Below the pieces are notes generated by a model. That model saw only the letters and a program-made list of their open reading frames with translations. It had not been told where the DNA came from and made no database searches. A program made the position numbers and the translations under genes. Positions 25,225-37,398 of a stretch of DNA of 64,000 bases are shown in pieces. Within the stretch, counting starts at the first letter, position 1, and each line of letters begins with the position of its first letter. Source of the DNA: Azolla caroliniana (Eukaryota > Plantae > Polypodiophyta). The stretch spans positions 7,068,001 through 7,132,000 of the forward strand of contig JBHGNT010000013.1 in the NCBI GenBank assembly GCA_043228905.1. Direction: 5' to 3'.

Positions 25225-27059
25225 CTCATAGCTAACAATTTCTCCATGAAAAGTTTGTTTTTCCAAATCACTTTCCACATGCCAAGGATTAAAAATTTGC
25301 TTTAAAGCAATGCCAATGTGATTAGGGAGCCAAGTGTTTTTCAGCATTTTAGGGTTTTCATTGAGATCCATTTGAACCTCATCAACTTTGTCACAACGCT
25401 ACCTAAGAGCGACAAATTCTTATTTGATTGACTTTTGATGTAGCTTGTCTTCTAATACAAGAACTCGTCAATTATTGTGCAAAAAGTAGAGTTTTCCACA
25501 TATAATAAATAATGAACGAGATTGTTTATATTGATAGGAGGTTACCATTTGTTCTCTTTTTTTCTTATTTACTACACTATTGTTGAGGAGACCAAATTTG
25601 ACATGCAATTTCTTTTTCTAATTATTATATTTTCCATGAGGAGGCCAAATTTGACCTATGAAACGGAATAAACAAGTCATCTTTTATGTGACTATTTAGG
25701 AAAAGAAATTTGAGGATGGAGAGATGATACAATGGAGCTATATATGTCCTTGTGCTCATAATATGAGCAAACATATTTAGGTACAGCTCAAGTTGTTGGA
25801 TCGGGATGTGAAGGACTAAAACCTAGCTCTCTATGACTAATGCATCAATACATTAAACATTAATCATAATGATTAACCCATATATTGCATTAACTTCTCA
25901 ACAGCTCTTTTAAGTTGATCACAATAATGGTTACTTGGTGATTGTGCTTGTTCACTTGTAACATTGCTCTCAAGTGCTTTTATTGCACCTTTTGCATCAC
26001 TCAATCCCATGGACTCCCACATATATCTTTTATATAAATAGTTCTCATGCATGTTTGTGTTCCCTAAATTCTTGCTTTATATTTTTATGTATTCCACTCA
26101 AGTCCTAGGGGCTTCATAAAAGATACACACAATTTTCTATTTAAGGATGGCACTCATTTACCTTCTTAGATAAAATGAGGTATTTTCTAAAGTGGCATTG
26201 AACCTTGACATGGTTTAATACACAATTTTTTGTGATCACAATGCAACTTTCATTGTCACACACTACTTGAGATCTTAAATCTCCCTCAATTAGTAATAGG
26301 CAGCAGTTCGGATGAGTTTCAAACGCAACCATTTAAAATTTTTATAACTTAAATCACGCAAAACTATGAAAACTTTAAATCAAAATTGTTTGACACTATT
26401 TAAGGGGTTTTCAAGCTCAAAAATGGTTCAAGAGATCAACAAACCATTATGTTGGTATGTTGTAGTTTCTTGCTTCGGTTTTGGTTCAAATTGAATAATT
26501 GGTGTTTGTACAATTGATTTTTAACTTTTCAACAAACTTTCAAAGATAAAATTTTCTAATAATACTACATAGTACATATTTATATATTTTCTCAAAAATG
26601 TTCCCCCAATTTGATAATCAAACTGAACCAAACCAAACCCTGAACCCAACATTTACAAATTTCCAAACTTAAACCAAACCAAATACATTAAGCTATAGCC
26701 ATGATTTTGTGGTTCACTTCGGCTCAAACTGAGTTTTTGTGAATTGTTGACCTCAATCCACGTTCCGATTTTTTCAAGGGATTCCTTAGCCAACATTCTT
26801 CATAGAGCATGCTTCATATATAGGATAACGTAACCACACTACTTCGCATTGTGAATAGAATGGCAAATCTAATTGTACTTGTGAAAAGGACTACAAAATG
26901 CTTGACTACTTCATGCTAGTCTAGAAAATTATTCTACATCCCAAAGACGAACAAAATCCAAAGGTAGACCTATCCTCTAGGTCTCTAGATTGTTGTAGAA
27001 CAGAAATATACTTTCTTTTCGATTATTAGCTGATAGGCTACCCAAGGTATAAAGGTCAA

Positions 27060-27245
27060 CAAAGGAGTCAGAGTCGGAGTCGAAGTCGGACGAGTATGAA
27101 AAGACAGAATTCGAATTATAATTTTCGCCAAGTATAAAAATAGAGTAATTTAAAAAATAGGACGGTTAGTATAACTGTAGGTTCTTGCCGAATAGGCAAG
27201 TGTAAAATCTTGGAGAAGTCTCTCAAGTTGCCTATAAAAAGGGAT
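27060..27245 (+). repeat. Fragment of Athila-like Gypsy LTR (U3 up to TATA)
   Basis: GGAGTCAGAGTCGGAGTCGAAGTCGG...GTTCTTGC..ATAGGCAA...GTTGCCTATAAAAAGG resembles the reverse complement of 33025-33205. Confidence 0.6.
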
Positions 27246-29700
27246 TTTGTTCGTGGACTCGGCCAGCCTATTGGCTTGAGGATAATAGGGAGTGCTTTTG
27301 TTGTGAACCACGACGTAATGGGAGGTTAAATCGCGGATAAGACGATTGATAAAGTGCCCTCCTTGATCGCTCACCAGTTGGATTGGGCATCCAAAACGAC
27401 ACCACAAATATTCATACACGAATTTAGTTGTTGATGTGGCCATGTTGTCGCGGAGTGCTTTTACTTCGACCCATTTTGTGCAATAATTGGTCACCACGAT
27501 TATATACTTGTTACCTGTACGCGTTGCGGGTGGTTTGAATGGGCCTACGAAATCCAATCCCCATTTCTGAAAAGCTTCCACAGGGAGGATTGGTTGGTGC
27601 AACATGCGGTCTTGTTCGCTCGGTTGGCCCATGCGCCGATAGAGATCACATTGTTTACAGAATTCATGGGCGTTTTTTTTTGTGGTAGGCCACCATATTC
27701 CGCTTTTCCAATTTTTCCGAGTTGTGGCTTCACCCGCATAGTGCACACCGGCAATGCCGTGGTGGGCTTTGCGTAGAACTGCATCTTTTTGGCCGTGGAG
27801 AGTTGTCAGCTAGCGTAGTATACATGAAGATGCTGGTTCGGAGGTGTTTTCTGCATTAGTGCACTTCCAATGGCGATGTCGAAAGCATCCACGAACGCGT
27901 GGAAAGGCTGCGATCAATTCGGTGGTTATACGGCTGGGGCGTGTGAGAGCATCACTTTAAGGGAACCATAAGCTTCGTTTTCCCATTCCGTCCATCGAAA
28001 TGGAATCGTGTGCACCGCGGCATGCAGAGGCGTTGCGAAATCGGCCAGGTAGTGGAGCATGCGACTATGCCACCAGATTTGTCCCAAAAAGCAGCTAAGA
28101 GCTTTCGCCGTGGCTGGGGCTGGAGCATTCAGCATAGCGGGTCCCTTGTCGGAATCCATGGCTATGCCATTATGACTGACAATGTGACCGAGCAAGGTGC
28201 CGCTCGTTACGTACAAAGCGCATTTCGCCAGGTTTAAGCTGAGCCGTGCTTATCGGCATCGTTTGAGACACAGGCGTAGATATTCGAGGTGCTCAATTTG
28301 TTGTCCATATACGGCAAAATCATTGAGGAAGACTTGCATGAACGTCGGGATATAGTCCTTGAAAATTTCAGCAATGATACCTTGGAATTTGGCTGGTGCT
28401 GTTTTTAAGCTGAACATCATGACGACTGCAACGAACACACCCCATTCGGTCACGAAAGCCGTCTTCTCTTGGTCATCAGGGTGCATCCGGATCTGATTGT
28501 AGCCACTAAACCCCTCTAAAAAGCTTTAGCATTCGTGGCCTGCGAGCGCATCGAGAACGCCATACATGAATGGAAGCGGAAATGCATCTATGATCGTGGC
28601 TGCGTTGAGTTTACAATAGTTGACTCACACTCGGATTTTCCCATTCTTTTTCGGCACGACTACAATAGGACTTAGCCCGGTTGCTCGTTTGACTGGTCGA
28701 ATGAACCCCACCCGTAAAAGTTTGTCAATCTCTTCTTTTACCTTTGCGGCGTAATTCGGATTCATTCGGTATCGACATTGTTGGACTGGTCGTGCATCCT
28801 TGTGCAGGTGAATCTGGTGTTGATAGTATTGGGGGTCCAACCCCTTCATGTCACTGTATAACCACGCGAATACGTCCTGATAGTCAGTCAACAGCCCTAG
28901 TAGAGTTGATCGTTCATTGGGTGCCAGATCTTTCATAGTTTTAACTGTCCGCGGCTTAGTAGAGGAACCAAGATTGACTTCTTCTAGTGTCGCGACTTTG
29001 ATGCGCTGAGAAATTGCTAATTCCCGATCGAGTGCGTCATGGGCGTGTCCTAGCTCCTTCATGGCTTCGGGGTCTGGTTCATGTGGAGCTTCTTGTTTGA
29101 CCGTGCTGGTATCGGCGAGGTATGATTCCACGGCCGTGAGAACATCTATTTCAAAGAGAGGGACGATTGTGGGGTGCTCGTCTAGAAAAGATTCCATCTC
29201 TTTGTCTGCGAGAACGTTGAGAATATGAACTCCTTCAGCATGCAATCGACTGTTGTCGGGGGGCGTCATGATTCGTTCTTCCGTGACGATTCATAATTTC
29301 GTTTTCCCTTGGTGAAAAGAGATCATGTTGTGCTACCCATGCTTCTTGATATTAGATGTTCGTAACCATGACCATCCTACCAGCAACGGGTATGTTCCAG
29401 GGGCATCCAGGCATAATACTACCGTGGACACAGTAAAGGTATGCCCTCCAAGGATAAAATCAAGGTTTCAGATTAACCCTATCTGTCGAACCAATCTCGT
29501 ATCCGCTATTTAAAGCCAAAACGAACATGGCTCCCATTGAGTGATGCCCAGTTCATGACATGTGGCCTCACTGATCACATTAACGCCTGATCCACCATCG
29601 ATAATGCACCCATGAACCTCGCGGCCTTTAATGACAATCTTTACTGTTGGATTCAGGGAATCCATGAGTGGAGGTCTGGGTTTTGGCGCCATGAGATGTA
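27246..29700 (-). pseudogene. Deleted pol fragment of Athila-like Gypsy (D2): PR-RT-RH-INT
   Basis: IIDGGSGVNVI, YRMNPNYAAKVKEEIDKLL, VFLNDFAVY, WGLDFVGPF; homologous to 56907-62417. Confidence 0.88.
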
Positions 29701-29702
29701 CT

Positions 29703-32700
29703 AGCGTCCAACGTGCCAGTTTTCCGGTTAATTCTTGTTTAGATACCAAATATAGTAAAGCAGAGTGATCCACATGGAATGTAAATTTCTTTCGCACAAG
29801 GTAGTGTCAAAATTTGTTGATACTGTAAATCATTCCCAAAGCTTCCCTTTCAGTTGTCGAATAATTCCTTTCTGCTGTGGATAGTTTTTGACTAGCATAA
29901 TCAAGTGGTCTGTACCATAGCTGCGGCAAAGGGGTGGCACTTACATCAGATGGATGTAAAGAATGCGTTCCTTCAAGGTGAGCTTGAGGAACAGGTCTAC
30001 ATGGTACAACCCCCTAGATTTCACTCTGGAACAAACACTTCGGCGATGTGCCGATTGAAGAAGTTCCTTTACAGACTAAAGCAAGCCCCGCGTGCCTAGA
30101 ACGTGAAGATCACGCAACGATTGCGTCGGATGGGCTTTGCAACGTCAAAATCAGACTCCTCACTATTCATCTGGAAAGATCGACTCGGGCCGGTTAGCGT
30201 TTTACTTTATGTTGATGACTTGGTCATCACTGACGTTGACCTAGGTGAGATTGACCGCGTGAAGCTCCAACTTGCGGCATCATTCGACATGAAGGATCTG
30301 GGGGACCTTCACTACTTCCTCGGGATTGAACTGATCTGTACCCCCGAAGGCATATTGATCAACCATCGTCATTACATGCTGAATATGCTCTTCAGGTTCG
30401 GGATGGCAAACTGTAAGCCCATCTCGACCCCTCTGGATAGAAACGCAAAGCTTCGCCGAGATTCGGGAAAGGCGTGCGACCTGACACGGTTCCGACAAAT
30501 TGTCGGAAGCCTTATCTATCTAACAATTACTCGGCCGGATCTTAGTTATCCAGTTGGCTTAATTAGTCAATTCATGTCGTAGCCTATGGCTGAACACTTT
30601 CAGTGCGCGCAACGGATATTGCGTTATGTCAGCGGCACGAAAGACATGGCATTGTTTTATCGGACATGCGTAGCCGAATAGTTAGTCGGCTACACGGATG
30701 CTGATTGGGCCGGAAAGGCCAGTGATCGTAGATCCACATCCGGATACGACTTCTCGTTAGGAAGTGTGGCAATCGCGTGCAGCAGCTAAAAGCAGCCAAC
30801 AGTGGCACTGTCGAGCACATGAGGCCGAATATCGAGGGACGACTGTCGCTACATGCGAAGTCATTTGGCTGAAACGGCTCTTACGGGATCTGCAAGTAGA
30901 GGTTTATGATCTGACGACGATCTTTTGTGACAAGCTCAGTAGTATCCACCTTGCGAAGAACCCCGTTTTCCACACCCGAACCAAGCACATTGAGGTGCAT
31001 TACCATTTTGTCCGCGAACGGGTTCTTTCAGGTGAAGTCGAACTAGTGCATGTTCCTACTGATCGGCAAGTTGCCGACATCTTCACCAAGCCTCTTGGTC
31101 TCGACAAGTTATGGCATTTCTCGGGTGAGCTAGGGCGGCGTCACCTTTACATGCCAAACTTGAGGGGGAGAAAGGAAGATGAACAGCAACAAGAGCGTGA
31201 AAGGAGCAGAGGTGTTCATCACGGGGGAAGTGACCGTGATGAGGAATCAGATGAAGAATTTGATTTCGGACCGGCTGAAGAAGCCGAAGAAGAAAGCAAG
31301 GGCCGCAATCGTAGGGAAGAGATAAGGACAACCGAATTAGGGGGAGATACAACCAAGAAGGGCATAAAGGCCAAGACCAAGACGTGGTCTGATGTAGTCA
31401 AAGACCTAAAGACAGGAGACGAATTGGAGATAGCCAATTTGGATGAGAGTGGAATTCAATCGGAATGTTCGATTCAGATACGCCGAATCAACTGAAGGCC
31501 ATGCGGAGAAAAGGGCAGTGAAGGACGCGCCGACACTGCGACAACAAGGGAGCTGAGAAGGGCTGAACAAGCAGAGAAGCTAACTGGAAGGGTCGAAGCG
31601 CGCGGAATCAAACAGGTTGAGGAGCGTGAGCGAGGCCGGAAGCCAGAAGGAACCGGAGCGTAGATCCGGAAGAACGGACAGAACCTCAAGTTGACCTTGA
31701 GGGGGAGTGTTGAGAGAGAAGCTCAACATTCAGCGCGTAATCGGGTGCGTAACCCAGTGCGTAAAACCGTGCACACAATAGGCCGTAGCGGTGCGTAAAC
31801 CGCGAGGCCATTAGAAAGATATTCATCGTAAGGGAATAATTTTGGGAGTTTGTGGAGTAGGCTCATTTATGAGTGGTCAAGTATTGTCAGTACTTGTGTC
31901 AGCCCTATTGTCAGGGCTTGTATAAAAGGTGCTCACTGAGCACGGTGTATGTAAAGATTGAGTATTATTTGAATTGAGTTTCTGTGTATTCTTTCTTTCT
32001 CTTTGTCTCTCCCTCTCCCTCTCCATCTCTGTGTCTTCTGTGTTTTACCGGACTGTCTTGTTGCTTCGAACCGTGTACTCTGTGTTTCGCATACGCTTCC
32101 GCACAACGTATTCTTTTATAGAAACGCTAACCGTTTTCTTTCATTTGCTGATAGATGCTCGGGTGGTAACTCTGTCATAAGAAAAATTGTCATTTTTGTA
32201 ATCCAAGCATCCTCGATCTCCCCATTTATTTCCTGCACTCTTACTGTCTCTACTCGAAAGAGTTGGCCCTCCGGAAAATCATCTTTAACTCTTGTGCTCT
32301 CTTCTCCCGACTCTAATCGGCTAAGGTAATCTGCAACGACATGTTGCACTCCAGGCGTCCAACGTGCCAGTTTGCCGGTTAATTCTTGTTTGGATACCAA
32401 ATATAGTAAAGCAGAGTGATCCACATGAAATGCAAATTTCTTTCACAGAAGGTAGTGTCGAAATTTGTTGATACTGTAAATCATTCCCAAAGCTTCCCTT
32501 TCAGTTGTCGAATAATTCCTTTCTGCTGTGGATAGTTTCTGATTAGCGTAATAAAGTGGTCTGTACCATAGCTGCGACAAAAGGGTAGCACTTACATCAG
32601 ATGGATGTAAAGAATGCGTTCCTTCAAGGTGAGCTTGAGGAACAAGTGTACATGGTACAACCCCCCAGATTTCACTCCGGAACGAACACTTCGGCGGGTT

Positions 32701-32712
32701 TGCAACGTCTCT
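29703..32712. repeat. Circularly permuted ~1.1-unit copy of 40994-43709 (Copia E RT-RH-3'LTR + flanking Gypsy D1 RNase H)
   Basis: Identical chimeric junction GGTCTGTACCA|TAGCTGCG at 29917/29918 and 32568/32569 (period 2651 bp); LTR copy 31708-32120 followed by the same Gypsy flank as 43223 onward. Confidence 0.88.
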
Positions 32713-33298
32713 ATTCCGTGGCATGGCTTGATTTGTTGTATCAGATGTTGTTGTCGGCCGACAACCGACTTTGTTGCCGACACACAACAAAGTTTGAACG
32801 TTTCGTACTGAACTTTCTATCAAAGAATTGTGGTTGTGCGAATAAATACTGAGTTATCGTAATCTTATCGATGTTACACAGACATCGAGATCGCTACTTA
32901 CGTAATACAGTTGTAGCAAGGTGGAACTAGATAAACAGAAAATAAACAGCTGCACACCGAGATTTCCTACAACTAAACTTATATTACTAAAAGTAAAAAT
33001 GATAGATTTTACAATGCCTTCGGTTCCTTTTTATAGGCAACCTGAATGACTTCGTCATCAAGAAATACATATTGCCCTATCTGCAAGAACTGCAAAACAT
33101 TGTAACTAACTATTATTTAGCCAAAATGATGACTCATCGATCCTCTTCCTCAATCCGACTTCGATTTCGACTCCGAACCTCCGACTCTGACACTTCTGAC
33201 TCCGATGCTTCCCCACTATGTCCGCCCACCCCTTTGTCCCAGTAACACTTGGCACGCTTTTGGGCCAGGGCCTTGCCTGGCGAACCCATGGTACCCTT

Positions 33299-35785
33299 CT
33301 ATGCCGGCTGGTTTGAAGGAAGGTCCTCGTCCCATTCATCTTCAACGTCGTCTTGCAAAATATCAAACAGGGATGGTTCGTGTTGTTGGCTCTCTTTGTC
33401 GTCGTCGTCTGAATCTGCAGGTTGTTGTGTATCCTCGGTCGATGGTGGTGATGGTGGTGGTGCAACTGGCTCTAGTGCGTCGAGCCCTGGAATTTGGCTT
33501 TGTCTTTCGGCTTCAAACGCGTCCAACTAAACAACTGTGTTGATGTCATGTTTATCGAACTCTTGCATGAGTCGATCAATTTCTTCACGGTGATAAGCTG
33601 CCATGTCGTACAAATCTTTAGCAATATCTTCTTGAACAGTTGATATTTCTTTTTCCGTCCTTTTAAAGAAGCCTTGTATGTGTGCCTTCCGGTTGTCTTT
33701 GTCGACTTGTAGAAGTTGAAGTTCTGCTGCTTGTGCCGATCGGGTCTTCCATCCCTTATCCATTGACTCGATGACCATTTTCAAGGTGTTGAGTTTGTGT
33801 CGTTTCAATATTGTGCATATTTTTTCATCACCCATACTCATCCGGAATTGTGCTTCTGCCAATGCCTTCCGTAAATCAGTGATTTGTGCATTGGTTGCAT
33901 CTTCCACCTGCAACAGCCGTGCTTGAGCAACTAACAAGTCAAGTCTTCGTTGTTCGGAAATGGCTTCCAGGTTTGCACACCGCTGTTCTAAATTCGATTT
34001 TGTGGATGCCCATTCCTCTTGCTCTTGAGCATATTTCTCGTTCAGTTGAGTGAGCAGAGTTTCCTTTTCCACCAGTTGTTCCGCGCAGTATTCCTCTTGG
34101 ACCTTGACATACTCTTCGAGCTCTTTGACCTATTTTGCGTGTTGGTGTGTGGTTTCTTGTTGTGCTAACTGTCGGCACAGCCTTTGAATCAAATTTTCCT
34201 TGGCATCTAGCCATTTGCCGACTTTCGTTTTTGCTAATTGTAGCTGATCCTCTATTTTCTTTGATCGGGTTTCGACTTTCTTAGCTTTGGCTTCTGCCAC
34301 CTTGAGTGCTGCTTCTGTCTGTTGTAATTTTTGTTGCAGGTCTGGATCAGACTCTAAGGGTCTTCTTAATGAAGTCTGTTGCAACAATTCTTCCTTTATT
34401 TTCCGCAATTTTTCTTCTGTCTGTCGAAGTCGTTTCGACAACTGCTGGTTTTCGGCTTGCTTATTTATGCATTGAGCATTCAAAATTTCCGATGCTGCCG
34501 TTATTATACAAATCAGCCATATCCTTGGCTGCTCGGCTTGCCTTTTCATATTCTCTATGTACCTCTACCAGAGCCTCATGCAATGGTGGCATCTGGATGG
34601 CTTCTCCCTTATTTTTCACATTTCGCTGTCGGCCGATCCTATCGATCTCTTGCTGCTCATGCCGCTCGACAACTCCACTTAATGATTTCTGGATCATTAT
34701 CTGATCCCGATGCTCCTGTGTCATTCTCTTCGACACCTCCTGTAATCTATGGGCCAACCACTCTACTAATTCATAAGAGGTGCCAAATTGTAGAATGGCA
34801 GCAAGTTCATGTGCGGCTGGAGGGATGTCGGAGAATGCAGTTGCTTCCTGCACCGTTGTTACCGAAGACTTTCCTTTCTGGAGTCTAGTTGTGTCGTTTG
34901 GATTGACACGAGGTACTTGTGTGGGCTGTGCGTGGCTTGCTCCTTTGTTCTCTGTTTTTTTTGTGCAGGTTCCTCTTGTTGAGTTGGCGGAAAGCGTTGA
35001 GCCCTTTGTTTTACCCGACGTTGTCGTTGCGTTGGTTGGTCAGGTTCCACAGGTTGGGGTGATTGTGGGATAAGTATAGAGTCGGGTTGGGGATTTTGTG
35101 TCGACTTCGGTACTGGTGAGGGTACCGGTTGTTGTGGTTCGGGTTCCGGTTGAGTGGCATCGACCTGCATTGATTTTGCTTCTTGCCACTCCTCACGTTG
35201 TACTTGTCTTCGGGGTCGGGAAGCCGATTGTGGCTGTGGTGGCCTCTGCTCTTCTTGTCGATTTTCCAATCTCTGTGTCGGAAAAAGCACCGACAAACAA
35301 CGACCAAAGATCAATTTCATTGGTTTCCCTTTTTGCACTCCATAAAGCTGCTCCCACAGAGCTTCTGTTGACAACAACCCCTAGTCAAAAACTTCACCCT
35401 CGTATGTGGTGATTATGAAGCCAACTCTCTTTTTGGGCATGTAGTAAAATCGAGGACTAACAAATCCCACTTCTAACAAAAATTTGGCCACTTCATGAAA
35501 AAATTCACCCTCCCCTCCCTGTGTTTGAAAAGATTTGGCCGAGGGAGAATATTCTCCAAAATACGACCTGAGCATGTCCTTGTCCATTTTCTGGACATCA
35601 TGAAAGCCTTCTCGTTTTAATTCCAATACTCGGCGTACCTGTTTGTTCGTAATTTTGGAGACATCGATCTATTGTAGAAGTTTTGCCGCATTAGGGTGGG
35701 GCTCTACCTCTGCAACCTTGATGAAACCTTGCAGATTCTTGTTCACGAGCCACTGGCATAGGTTATCGGAAATAGGAATTGGCAT
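33299..35785 (-). pseudogene. Extra 3' ORF (eORF, ~830 codons) of Gypsy D1: conserved N-domain, Q/P-rich linker, long coiled coil, acidic tail
   Basis: Starts MPIPISDNLCQWL at 35785; fragments 35381-35626, 34859-35377, 34461-34853, 34130-34549, 33527-34072, 33299-33526; homologous to 62831-64000. Confidence 0.82.
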
Positions 35786-36133
35786 TATTTCGTCTACGAG
35801 AGAAAGATCGGAGTTCTGTGAAGAAAGCTTTAGGCTATGGCGCGGAAGAGCAGAAAACTTTTCAGCACGGATATGCTTCTATCTCTGCGTTGTTGACACA
35901 AAAGATGAAGAAATAGGTTTTAAGGAAATGAATCGTTGCATGATGCCTAGGGAATAGAGAAAGCTACTATTAATGTAAGTAATAGTCTAGAAATAGTAAT
36001 AATGGTGCCACTACTCGTTTAAAGTGTGCATGCATTATTACCATCAGTTTACTTATAGTGTTACACAGACTTTCCCAAGATTTCCTTTTCTGATAGTTAG
36101 TTACTTTTTGCGAAGATAATAATTAGTTACTAT

Positions 36134-36166
<33 letters not shown>

Positions 36167-37398
36167 ACGTCTACCACGTCACGTTGCGGAGGATGTAGCC
36201 TGAAAGGGGTTCTTCGGTATTGACCCATGATAGGGTTTAAGCCGAAAACCATTTACCCATTTCAGTAGAATGTCACCAAACAACATCCCGACTTGATATG
36301 TACCATTTTTGTTATTAACAATCTAGAATGGTCCCGTCCATCGAAATCGAAGCTTCCCCGGCATAGACTCCAGTTTTGTTTGAAACACAGTCTAACATCA
36401 GTTTTCCGATTGCGAACTGTTCCTTTGCATGTCGACGATGACGATCCACAAATGCTTTCATTTGTCGATGCTTCCACTCTAAATCTATCATAGTCTGTAT
36501 CTGACTTTCCTCTAATAGCAGTAATCATTCTTTTCGAATTTGTTCTGATTGTAGCTCATCTAACCTTTCTGTTGCTTGAATTCGGAGCATCGGAACTTGA
36601 AACTCTATTGGCATTACGGCTTCTAAACCGAATGCCATGCGAAAAGGAGTCAATTTGATAGAAGTCTTATATGAAGTCCTATATGCCCATAAGGCACTAT
36701 TCAGTTTCTAATCCCAATCTGTACGATTTTCATTGACTATTTTCTTGAGTATCATTTGCAGCGTTTTATTTGTCGACTCCGCTTGTCCATTTGCTTTAGG
36801 GTAATAAGAAGTACTTTTCTTATGAACCACTGCATAGTATGTAGATAATTCATCTACAATCTTATTAATAAAATGTGTACCTTGGTCACTTACCAATTCA
36901 AGTGGACACCCATACCGGCACCATATACTTTCGTATAGAGATTTTGCTATCGACGCTATAGTGTTATCCCATAAAGGTTTAGCCTCTACCCACTTAGTGC
37001 AGTAATCAATGGCTACTATGATGAATCGATTCCCTGTTCGAATCGCTGCTAGTTTAAATGGGCCGACAAAGTCTAATCCCCATTTCTAGAATGGTTCCAA
37101 AGGCAAGACGGGTTAAAATGACATCCTGTCTTTTTTAGTAGGTTGACCCATTCTCTGACATAAATTGCATTTCCGACAATATTCGACTGCATCCTTCAAA
37201 ATTGTCGACCAACATAACCCATTGTTCCAAATTTTCCAAGTAGTAGTTTCACCGGCGTAGTGCCCTCCCGCGATACCACAATGAGATTCTCGAAGAATTA
37301 TCTCTTTCTCAAATTGTTGTACTGCTCTTTGCCAAATTCCATCAGCTCCTTTATGATACAAGGTGTCATTTAAAAAATAGAAATTCCGGTTGTGAACC

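Noticed and set aside
26400-26740. Possible degraded DNA transposon with AACC/GGTT subterminal repeats
   Set aside because: No convincing TIR pair or TSD found by eye
33299-35785. Captured host myosin/SMC-like gene or retroviral env
   Set aside because: Intronless, fixed position between pol and PPT in two elements, and no signal peptide or TM segment seen; treated as an element-borne accessory ORF
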